64,000 bases of DNA from Nemertoderma westbladi (taxonomy: Eukaryota; Animalia; Xenacoelomorpha). Of the stretch, positions 33,647 to 45,000 are shown in pieces (within the stretch, counting starts at the first letter, position 1; each line of letters begins with the position of its first letter). The notes under the pieces are model-generated. The model was not told where the DNA came from, did not search any database, and saw nothing but the letters and a program-made list of their open reading frames with translations. The stretch is from assembly GCA_032718475.1 (NCBI GenBank), contig JAUCBJ010008125.1:1-64000 (forward strand), written 5' to 3'. Made by a program: the position numbers and the translations under genes.

Positions 33647-35084
33647 TATATGAAACACTTGGCAATATTTTTCATAAACATTTTTTTTTCATAAATAAGT
33701 AACACACATCACAAACCAATTGAGGGGAAGAGGAGGTTACAGAGGCAGGCTTTGTAACCAAAACAATAAACGGCCACTTTGCCAATAGAGGGAAAGAAGC
33801 ACGTTACAGAGGCAGGCTTTTCTAACCAAAACAATAGCCGGCCATTTTACCAATTGAGGGTCTATTGATGGACTATTCTTTAAATTTATCTTATTTTTAA
33901 GTATTTTTGATTTAATCACAATAAAATATAATTTATCCAGCGTTAGTCGTCAGCTTTGCAGCCCTGTTTAATTCAACAGCAGTTATTACTGCCTGACCTT
34001 AGCTGTATGCAATATATTACAGCAGGCCTATTCAGTTACCGGTAGTTGGAGGGGCAATCATTATGGAACACCGGGTACATACAGCATACAGACTCCTTAA
34101 ATTTGTGTCTACTGTACATACAGTACAAACCGAATGAACCTCTTTTTCAAAAAACATGATGTGGGGCACACATTAATTGCAGTACATATTCTCGTGTTTT
34201 TTTTTCAGATAGTACTGTAGGACTACCATCAGAGACCATACCGGTAGGTACATCATGCCAAATCATGGTCTCATCTCGAAAGGGGTTACAGTGCTCATTT
34301 ATGCCATTTATATACTGTATATTATTATAAACGCCGGAATTGATGATATTTTATAGAGATCCCCTTTAATATCGTGGCATTAATGTTTGCCAAAAATTAA
34401 CAATAGATGTTGCGATTCATCCACCACCATTTATTTATTATTCATTTCAATTCATACTGTAATAAATGTCGACGATTCTAAGCCAAGGCCTATAAAGAGT
34501 CAAGGGATCACATCACATGATAGGTGGCGGTGCAAAAACAGAGCCAGAAACAAAACTATTCAACATCGCTCGCTCAACCATTACAAACTTGGCGATATTC
34601 GATGACGGAGTATAGGGAATTTATTGACTGACAATGTTTCGTTTATTTAAGCACCCTTAAGGTAGAATGCAGTACAGTATTGGAGCAGGGTTTAGCACAG
34701 ACAGGTGATTCACATAAGCACGTTGAAACGTTCGTGGGGCCTCGCGCAGCACTCGAACTTGAGCAAGTTCGCAACACGTTCGATTTGATCTGAAGTCAAA
34801 AGTTCGAGAGGTATTTGCCCGTAACTTTCAAAAATATTGGAACTTATTCTGTAGTATGCCCATACACTATTTGGTTGAAAAGGGTTAGAATTGATTCAAA
34901 ACAAAAGTGACAAAAGTGATTTACGAATGAATTTTTCATTACAGATCGACAGACAGACGGACATGCAGATGGACATGAAATTTTGCCTTACAGTATTTAC
35001 TAATTACAGTATAATTGTGCGCTAAGGCTCGCCCTGTCTGTGTGGCTCGCCCCACATACTGTACAATATGTCGCTGAAGTTCCA

Positions 35085-35330
35085 CCTTGGTGTAGTGCGA
35101 GTGGTTGCATAGAATTTACATCTCTCCAAAGGTCGTGGGCTCGATCCCCGCATGGGGCCAGGGCAGTTTTCGTTTCGTCTCGAATGCTCGTCTGCTTTAC
35201 AGCCTTAAATGGTACCTAAATGAGTTGTACTGGAGTGTCTTGGGAGTATTATATTGTAGTTCTAGTGGGACATCACTGGAAATAAGTTCCCAGACGTTGT
35301 GCGTAATGTAATCCCAGGCGTGTAGTGGCC
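35085..35330 (+). mobile_element. tRNA-derived SINE
   Basis: A-box-like TAGTGCGAGTGG (~35093), B-box-like GGCTCGATCC (~35138), downstream TAAATGGTACC SINE-body-like motif; no clean cloverleaf. Confidence 0.6.
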
Positions 35331-36346
35331 AAAAGTTTTCAAAAAACTTTTTTGCATAAGTAGAACGAATCATGAACGTGGGGACAGGTTGGTGGGGACC
35401 TGACGCAAATTCCAGAATTAACAGGCGAATTAATACCTCGTATCTATGTTAAATGAACAATTACGGGAAAGGAGCAGGTTACGGTGGCACATTATTCTAA
35501 CCAAAACAGTAAACTAATATCAATAGAACATTTTACAGTTTTATTTTTGAGAGTAATCAGCTGATATTTGCGTCGAATTTCCCCTGGAGAGGAATGAATT
35601 TTGATTGAGTCGATCGATAGTTCACCCGTATCTCCAACGACAGGCAGTCAAAACCAATGAGTCAACACCTGAGTCTATGTTCTCCATTCTGAAAGAGACC
35701 TCGGCATTATTTACACTTGAAGTTTGTTTCCATAACCTTTAAAGTAAATATAAAATTTATACTGACGAAAGTCGTATAATGTACAGTAGATGTTAAAACT
35801 AGGCCTACTACAGTACTACAGTACTAAGCCATGTCTAAACCAACGGTGCTGTACATTAATTAGTTGGCAGACATGCTATGTACAGTAATATTGTATTGTC
35901 GGCATAAGGTATAAAGTTACTGTATTTTCTACATGTGGACATGGTATTTGAGTACTGATTAGGACTACTTCTTGTCTATTGCGCCTCCCAGATACAAATA
36001 ATTATCTGCTAAACAATTGCCAAAAAAAAACAAAAGAGGGTGTGGTCCCTAATGCAGATACAACAAATCATCAATATGGATGTTCATAATAATTATAACT
36101 CAAATCGCACCATAGGATTTCTACCCATCTAGTTTTTGGTCGCTAAGTAGCGCCAAACAGTCTTTATAAACACGGTACGTGATTGGTGATTTATAATGGA
36201 AAGGTTACCTTTAAAAATAGATCTCTATAAAACCATGCGAGGGTCTAAATTCGATTAGATTTATGTTTGGGACATAGATAATTAACTAAATTTTACATGC
36301 GAAAGTTTCTTGCCCCTTTTGATAGAAATAGACTGGTGTTATTACC

Positions 36347-36497
36347 ATGGAGGCTGCAGTACCTCTTGTGGTGGCAGTATTAGTATTGCTGGCGGCTGCG
36401 CCCAGTAACGCTGGTATCAGTGCCTATTTCGACCCACCGAAATTAGATAAAGACTCAGAATACGATTTCGTTTTACCTACACTAAATCCACGTCATG
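36347..36497 (+). CDS. Exon 1 (signal peptide) of the tectorin/zonadhesin-like gene
   Basis: ACCATGG Kozak context; MEAAVPLVVAVLVLLAAAPSNAG signal peptide; phase-1 donor G|GTTAGT. Confidence 0.8.
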
Positions 36498-36930
36498 GTT
36501 AGTTTTTAGTAAATGTACCGCAGCCGGGTGCTACACTGTACTACAATTACAAAGAGTGACTTAATATACATTATTCTTCCAACTGTATAAACTTATTAAC
36601 ACTTTCAAACTAAATTTTTTTTTGTATTTTTGGGTACCGGTTGGGTAATCTTAGAAATTTCATATAATTCTAGGCATATTGAGTCAATGGTCAATTACAG
36701 TATCCATTACGGTCAATTATTATGGCCAAATACCAAACAATATCCCGCACGAACTTGTGCATTATATAATAAATAATATAAATAATAAAAAATAGTACGC
36801 AAAATAGTATATTAAATGCATACGAAATAAATGCACGCGAATTTAAAGAGTGCAATAATCATCTTGATGATTGATGAATTAATTAATCTTTATCAGCTAA
36901 TTTTATCATTAAATTAACAATTTGTTTTAG

Positions 36931-37125
36931 ATGGGTGTTTTAGTGGTCGGACGGATTCGGGATCCCAACCTGATAACGATTGCCTGTTTCCTTTTGACTA
37001 TGAAGGCGAGACTTACAATACATGTACTGACGCGAATAGCCCTGGGACCTTTTGGTGCGCTACAAAGCTTCCTTATGTATTTGGATCCGGGGACTGGGGG
37101 AATTGCGAAGTAACTCAATGTGCAG
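36931..37125 (+). CDS. Exon 2, fibronectin type II domain
   Basis: Acceptor TTTGTTTTAG; phase 1-1; reads CLFPFDYEGETYNTCT...FWCATK...DWGNC; donor CAG|GTAGG. Confidence 0.88.
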
Positions 37126-37733
37126 GTAGGCATGCTCTGTGTCTTATTATCCACAGTCTACATCTACGAAGCTAAGGAAAATCAACTACTTTCGCTAAGA
37201 AAGATTTTCCGTAGCTGAGATGGTGTATTCATAGTGGGCTCTTTTACTTGTGTGGAGCAGATTTGGTGTTTTTTTATTCCAGCCAAAACTAGACTTTAAA
37301 AGTGCCCTGAAATTTTGCATGTACTACTGACCTGTACTACTGCGACATGTGGGATAGGTCACACACATGTCTGGGAATAAAAGCCTATGTATTTCAAGAT
37401 ATAGATATACTGTAGACTATCAAGATATACACTTGGGGTATCTCAACCTAAGTATAAGGGCCATAGCAGGGCCGAATGAGGTTAATTTTTAAAATCCAGT
37501 TACCAAGGCAACCAGTCTAAACAGATGTTCAAATTTATAAAATGATAATTTGAAACACAGGTTAAAGTTATTATTGTTTGGGACCAACCCCTACCCCTAC
37601 TATATCACTTTATTCTGCATCCGAATTACATTGTTCTATTTTTCAGTTTCCATGAAAACTGCTGTAAACAGACGTTTTGATACAAAATTTGATCATTTTG
37701 GACATGAACCTCACGATTAAATTTTCCAAAACT

Positions 37734-38790
37734 GGATAGGTGGAATTTGTCAGTTTGTGACAACACCTAAAAACGATGTCAACAGTCAGCAACAGTCAAA
37801 AAAATAGTTGATCGTTTTCAAAAATTGCCGCAATGAATGTGAATAACAGAAAATCGCAGTTTCCTAAAAGTAACTCGGCCAAGTTTCAGCTCCGCATATC
37901 GAAGGCAAGTAGTAGGAAAACAGTCAAACGTCTGGTGGGTACACACAAAAACACTCTAAATCATGAATTCAGTATTCTGCAATACTGCTTACTACCAGTT
38001 AGGCCTACAGTGTTGTATATGTAATTATTTATTTATTTATTTCAACCGCTGTCCGTTGGTCTGTCGACGAATTGAGGGCGAGTAAACATTCTTCCATGGA
38101 ATTAATTATATAGGAAGATAATGTAGGCCAAGATTGTAATACTGTATTTGTTGTTACCCAGACATATCCGTACGTTAAGCTTGCGATCCATCGAACGATT
38201 GCACTGCCACTTGTCAATGCTAACGACTAAATCGTCCTTCACAACACCCGCAAAGTCTTCCTTCACATACCAGTATCCAACCAACATATTACTGGAGTTT
38301 ATCGGTACGCCTAGATAGAGGATGGTTCGCAAGCTGGGCGTACAGCAGCAGGGGGGCCTACGGGTATCACTACAGTATTTCAACCGTGGCCTATAATTAA
38401 TTCCATCGAAGATTATGTTTATTTATTAGCCTTCAAACATTTGGCGACAGATCGACCAATAGACAGCAGGACGCACAACGATTGAAAGGAACACATAAAT
38501 TACATAGACAACACTATACAAAACTGGTAGTAAGAGCAGTATTGCGGAATACTGAATTCATGATTTTGAGTGTTGTCCAAACATTTTCTGTGTTGTCCCC
38601 AGACGTTTGACTGTTTTCCTACGACTTGCCGGAGATATGCGGAGCTGAAACTTGGCAGATTTGCTTATATTACTGCGATCTACTGTTATTCACATTCATT
38701 GTAGCCATTTTTGAAAAGGGTCAACCATTTTTTTGACTGTGGCTTACTGTTGTCACCGTTTTTAGGTGTTGTCACAAATTCCACCTATCC
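37734..38790. mobile_element. Mutator-like MITE
   Basis: ~270-bp imperfect TIRs starting GGATAGGTGGAATTTG; 9-bp flanks TCCAAAACT / TCGAAAACT (one mismatch). Confidence 0.8.
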
Positions 38791-39976
38791 TCGAAAACTT
38801 GGTACATGTGTTATCAGGACCACAAGCTGGAACATTTTGTAAATCTCATAAAACTTTCCAGAATTATCTAGTTACCATGGCAACATAAGTGTACTAAAGT
38901 TTACAAAATTCAGGTCTATATTCTTAACTCTATTTGTAGCAATACCGCAATAGATAGAAACTTGGGGTTTTTCAACTCAATGATAAGGACATTAGTCGAG
39001 CCGATTGAGGTTAATTCGAAAATCCAGTTACCAAGGCAACCAGTCTAAACAGATGTTTAAATTTATAAAATGATAATTTGAAGCATAAGGTTAAGGTAAG
39101 ATGTGACTTGGGACCAAAACCTACCCTCACTATATCACTCAATTTGGATACAATTCACGTTGTTCTATTTCACAGTTTCCATGACAACCGCAGCTTAAAC
39201 AAGTGTTTTGACACAACAATAGTTCATTTTGAACATAGACTAAACGATAACATTATCTGAAACTGGGTATGTGTTATCTGGACTCCTATTTGGAACTTTT
39301 TGAAAAACTTCTAGAAATATCTAGTTACCATGGTAACTGGAGTTTATTAAAATCTATTACATTCAAGTCTGTCTCTATTTGTACACCAACCATAATAGAT
39401 CGAAACATGAAATTATTCAACTCAATGATAAGGACAATAGGTTTATTGGCTTAATAGGCTTATTGAGGTCAATTAGAAAATTTAGTTACCAGGTCAACCA
39501 GGCTAAACAGATGTTCAAATTTATAAAATCATTATTTAACCATAACATTAAGGTATTACGACGTGGGACCAACCCCTACCCCCACTATATCACTTATTTT
39601 GAATCGAATTAACGTTGTTATATTTATCAGTTTCCATGATAACCACTGCAAACAGACGTTTTAACAAAAACATCCTTAATTTTGGACATCAACTACTCAA
39701 TGAAGATACCTTGAAGTCGATGTGTGTCACCTAGAACCAAGCCCCTTTCCCACTAAAGCACATATTCTGCATCCGAATTACATTGTTCTATTTTTCAGTT
39801 TCCATGACAAACCACTGCAAACCCGCATTTTGATAGAGAATCGGTTATTTGGACATAAACTACAATATTTTCTGAAACTCGGTATATGTTATCTGAACCA
39901 GAATCTGGACTGGATCTTTTTTCAAAGGTTTTTAAACCAACAGTTCCAGGGAACTCTAGTATCCATGGGAATGAAT

Positions 39977-40335
39977 ATAAGTTAATTATAGGCAAATGCT
40001 ACTAAGCTAGGCTAAGAAACGAACCAAAGTGTGGCCGTGTATTAATTTTCCTTAGCTTCGTGTTTGCATTTCCTTTAGGAAATGTCTTTTTGTATAAGTT
40101 AATTATTGGCAAATGATACTAAACTAGGCTAAGCAATGAACCAAAGTGTGGCCGTGTATTAATTTTCCTTAGCTTCGTGGTTGCATTTCCTTTAGGAAAT
40201 GTCTTTCTAGTATAAGTTAATTATTGGCAAATGATACTAAACTAGGCTAAGCAACGAACCATAGTGTGGCCGTGTATTAATTTTCCTTAGCTTCGTGGTT
40301 GCATTTCCTATAGGAAATAAATGCCTTTCTTGTAG
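39977..40335. repeat. ~118-bp tandem repeat, 3 copies
   Basis: ATAAGTTAATTATTGGCAAATG...GTGTGGCCGTGTATTAATTTTCCTTAGCTTCGTG...AGGAAAT repeated. Confidence 0.9.
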
Positions 40336-41177
40336 GAAACTATTATATAATTTTGTATATATGTATGTAGGTATTATGTATATATGTATGGATGCACATA
40401 CATGTATGTATATGTATATATTTTATAGTCATATATTTTTGTTGTGTTCAGGAAGAAATCTCTTGTGACAAATGATTATGTAAGAAAGTCAAAAAAGATT
40501 TATCGATTTCTTTAATAAAATGAGTTTCTAGTTTTAAAATAATATTTTCAGTCAATTTATCGGTTATTGAAAATAAAGAGAAATACGAAGGTGATGATCA
40601 TTTGTCATGGTTTCTAGTTTTTTTGTGGCTCCTTCGAATTGACTATCTAAACGCTTATTGATTTTATATTATTAGCTAACCGCATTAGTTAGCAAGCAAA
40701 AGTCGTATAAATACCCCTCTGTGTTCGTGTATGTGTGCATGTGTTATGATAAACAGATAAACAATATCCTAAATAAATTGAAGAAATATGCCAAATATGT
40801 CGTGCTTAGCACAGTTAAATTAATAGTGTGAAAGGCCAAGTAGGTCTACAGTAGGCTAAAGTTGTCTAAAACATAATCAACCACCTTCATGAACAAGAAT
40901 AGTCCAGGTGTGTATCACCGAAGGACTCCCCATAACAATTAATAGATCTGAGTCACCGTCAGCTGTAGACACAAATGTCGTTGAACCATCATATATGATC
41001 TGATTGCTGCAATAATTTCATCGAGACTGCATCAAAAAAAGAAAAAAAGTCAACAAAGATAACAGCCTCAAAAATGTCTGTCTTCCAGAATGGGCTTGAT
41101 GGTCCCAAGACCTATACGGCGGAACACGTTTTGGTTAAAACGTCAACTTTCTCTGAACAGAACCCTTGATGCGATTT

Positions 41178-42058
41178 AATACTACTACTAGGATCGGCAT
41201 GCTGCATTGCAGCTGCATTTTTAAGAATGCTGTGCCGGCTTGTCAACAAAATTGCGCCGCCACAACTCCCTATCACCCATGACATTTGCTAGATCATCCG
41301 CATCTTTAAGGGCAGTGTCCTTTAAGATGCGTCTCAAGAAAGTCATGGGCTGTCCACCATGCTTATTCACTCCATGAGGCTGCCAAAGTACAAGATTATG
41401 CACTGGCTGGTCCTCACGGCGAAAGCAATGTCCTGCAAAGCGGGGCGATTTTGTTCTAGTGTCAAGCTTGGGGGAACCAATGAGACACCTCCAATGTTAT
41501 ATAGTGTCTGGTTGGAGATGTGTGCATTGTACTTGACACAATGAACCCGGCGTAGCATTCTTGTGAATGTGCCATCCAGAGATTTGGTGTCCTCAGCAGT
41601 TAGAGCCCAGCATGGACTCCCGTAGAGGAGTACTGGAACTACTGCTGCTCTAAATAATCGGACCTTAAGTTTCCGATTAATTCTAGGTGACTTCCAAATC
41701 CTGGAAAGCCTATTCAAGGCTGCCCTTTATAGGATTTAATAGAAGACGTTTGTATAGCTTTGCAGCATTCGAGATCAACGAGATTCCTGGAAAATATCCG
41801 TAGATTGGACTCTACGTGTTCTATACATGTCCACAATAATGGGGTGAATGAGATCCAAACGCTCAGGAATTTTAAACACCTCAGGGGGAATACCATATAC
41901 TCTACTGGCACGATTGGTCTTAATACTCTTTGCTGCAGCCTTGATTTCAGCAAAGGAGATGTTTGGGAGTATAGACCATGACACACGATACTTGTCTCAG
42001 TACTTGTGTATGCTGGTTGTGTCAACAACGTGCTGACTCTAAAGATCATGTCCAATCC
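41178..42058 (-). mobile_element. RTE-like non-LTR retrotransposon remnant with the RT core deleted
   Basis: ISFAEIKAAAKSIK..RAS..YGIPPEVFK (pre-RT region) abuts RIWKS...KLKVRLFRAAVVPVLLYG..CW...LDGTFTRMLR (post-RT region); (TAG)n tail at ~41181-41190. Confidence 0.82.
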
Positions 42059-45000
42059 TGCTCTGCTATCTCCCAATTCTCATCGGACCTTCGTCTTGAT
42101 CTGCAATCTCCACATTATCATCAGACCTTTGTCTCGCTCGGCTATCTCCCCATTCTCAATGGACCTTTGTCTCGCTCTGCTATCTCCCCATTCTCAATGG
42201 ACCTTTGTCTCGCTCTGCTATCTCCCCAATTCTCATCGGACCTTCGTCTTGATCTGCAATCTCCACATTATCATCAGACCTTTGTCTCGCTCGGCTATCT
42301 CCCCATTCTCAATGGACCTTTGTCTCGCTCTGCTATCTCCTCATTCTCATCAGTGCTTCGTCTCGCTCTGCTATCTCCCCAATCTCAATGGACCTTTGTC
42401 TCTCTCTGCTATCTCCCCATTCCCACCTGACCTTTGTCTCGCTCTGCTATCTCCCCAATCTCAATGGACCTTCGTCTCATTCTGCTACCTCCCCATTCTC
42501 ATCGGACCTTCCTCTCGCTCTACTATCTCCCCATTCGCATCAGACCTTCGTCTCGCTCTGCTATCTCCCCATTCTCATTGGACATTCATCTCGCTCTGCT
42601 ATCTCCCCATTCTCAATGGACCTTCGTCTCGCACTGCTATCTCTCCATTCCCATTTGACCTTCGTCTCACTCTGCTATCTCCCCATTCCCACCTTACCTT
42701 CGTCTCACTCTGCTATCTCCCCATTCCCATATGACCATCGTCTCGCTCTGCTATCTTCCCATTCCCATTTGACCATCGTCTCGCACTGCTATCTCCTCAT
42801 TCCCACCTTACCTTCGTCTCGCTCTGCTATCTTCCCATTCCCACCTGACCTTCGTCTCACTCTGCTATCTCCCCATTCCCATTTGACCTTCGTCTCACTC
42901 TGCTATCTCCCCATTCCAATCGGACCTTCGTCTCACTCTGCTATCTCCCCATTCCCACCTGACCTTCGTCTCGCTCTGCTATCTCCCCATTCCCACCTGA
43001 CCTTCGTCTCGCTCTGCTATCTCCCCATTCCCACCTGACCTTCGTCTCGCTCTGCTATCTCCCCATTCCCACCTGACCTTCGTCTCGCTCTGCTATCTCC
43101 CCATTCCCACCTGACCTTCGTCTCGCTCTGCTATCTCCCCATTCCCACCTGACCTTCGTCTCGCTCTGCTATCTCCCCATTCCCACCTGACCTTCGTCTC
43201 GCTCTGCTATCTCCCCATTCCCACCTGACCTTCGTCTCACTCTGCTATCTCCCCATTCCCATTTTACTTTCGTCTCACTCTGCTATCTCCCCATTCCCAT
43301 TTGACCTTCGTCTCGCTCTGCTATCTCCCCATTCCCATTTAACCTTCGTTTCTCTCTGCTATCTCCCCATTCCAATCGGACCTTTGTCTCTCTCTGCTAT
43401 CTTCCCATTCCCATTTGACCTTCGTCTCGCTCTGCTATCTCCCTATTCCCACCTGACCTTCGTCTCACTCTGCTATCTCCCCATTCCCACCTGACCTTCG
43501 TCTCTCTCTGCTATCTCCCCATTCCCACCTGACCTTCGTCTCACTCTGCTATCTCCCCATTCCCACCTGACCTTCGTCTCTCTCTGCTATCTCCCCATTC
43601 CCCCATGACCTTCGTCTCACTCTGCTATCTCCCCATTCCCATTTGACCTTCGTCTCGCTCTGCTATCTCCCCATTCCCATTTGACCTTCGTCTCGCTCTG
43701 CTATCTCCCCATTCCCATTTGACCTTCGTCTCGCTCTGCTATCTCCCCATTCCAATCGGACCTTTGTCTCTCTCTGCTATCTTCCCATTCCCATTTGACC
43801 TTCGTCTCACTCTGCTATCTTCCCATTCCCACCTGACCTTCGTCTCGCTCTGCTATCTCCCCAATCTCAATGGACCTTCGTCTCGCTCTGCTATCTCCCC
43901 ATTCCCATTTGACCTTCGTCTCGCTCTGCTATCTCCCCATTCCCATTTGACCTTCGTCTCGCTCTGCTATCTCCCCATTCTCATTGGACCTTCATCTCGC
44001 TCTGCTATCTCCCCATTCTCATTGGACCTTCGTCTCGCTCTGCTATCTCCCCATTCCCATTTGACCTTCGTCTCTTTCTGCTATCTCCCCATTCCCACCT
44101 GACCTTCGTCTCGCTCTGCTATCTCCCCATTCCCACCAGACCTTCGTCTCGCTCTGCTATCTCGCCATTCTCAATGGACCTTTGTCTCTCTCTGCTATCT
44201 CCCCATTCCCACCTGACCTTCGTCTCGCTCTGCTATCTCGCCATTCTCAATGGACCTTTGTCTCTCTCTGCTATCTCCCCATTCCCACCTGACCTTCGTC
44301 TCGCTCTGCTATCTCCCCATTCCCACCTGACCTTCGTCTCGCTCTGCTATCTCCCCATTCCCACCTGACCTTCGTCTCGCTCTGCTATCTCCCCATTCCA
44401 ATCGGACCTTTGTCTCTCTCTGCTATCTTCCCATTCCCATTTGACCTTCGTCTCGCTCTGCTATCTCCCTATTCCCACCTGACCTTCGTCTCACTCTGCT
44501 ATCTCCCCATTCCCACCTGACCTTCGTCTCTCTCTGCTATCTCCCCATTCCCACCTGACCTTCGTCTCACTCTGCTATCTCCCCATTCCCACCTGACCTT
44601 CGTCTCTCTCTGCTATCTCCCCATTCCCCCATGACCTTCGTCTCACTCTGCTATCTCCCCATTCCCATTTGACCTTCGTCTCGCTCTGCTATCTCCCCAT
44701 TCCCACCTGACCTTCGTCTCTCTCTGCTATCTCCCCATTCCCCCATGACCTTCGTCTCACTCTGCTATCTCCCCATTCCCATTTGACCTTCGTCTCTCTC
44801 TGCTATCTTCCCATTCCCATTTGACCTTCGTCTCGCTCTGCTATCTCCCTATTCCCACCTGACCTTCGTCTCACTCTGCTATCTCCCCATTCCCACCTGA
44901 CCTTCGTCTCTCTCTGCTATCTCCCCATTCCCACCTGACCTTCGTCTCACTCTGCTATCTCCCCATTCCCACCTGACCTTCGTCTCTCTCTGCTATCTCC

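Larger units (their letters stand above)
37160..40335 (+). mobile_element. Helentron-associated non-autonomous element (HINE/DINE-like)
   Basis: 5' subTIR ACGAAGCTAAGGAAAA with a nearby partial inverted copy; internal long direct repeats (~37470, ~39008, ~39465); 3' subTIR TTTTCCTTAGCTTCGT followed by stem-loop CATTTCCT-TT-AGGAAATG. Confidence 0.65.

Noticed and set aside
35085-35165. Functional tRNA gene
   Set aside because: Degenerate B-box, no convincing acceptor or anticodon stems, and it continues into a SINE-like body.
36931-37113. ORF MGVLVVGRIR... as listed in the track
   Set aside because: Wrong frame; the spliced phase-1 frame encodes the FN2 domain.
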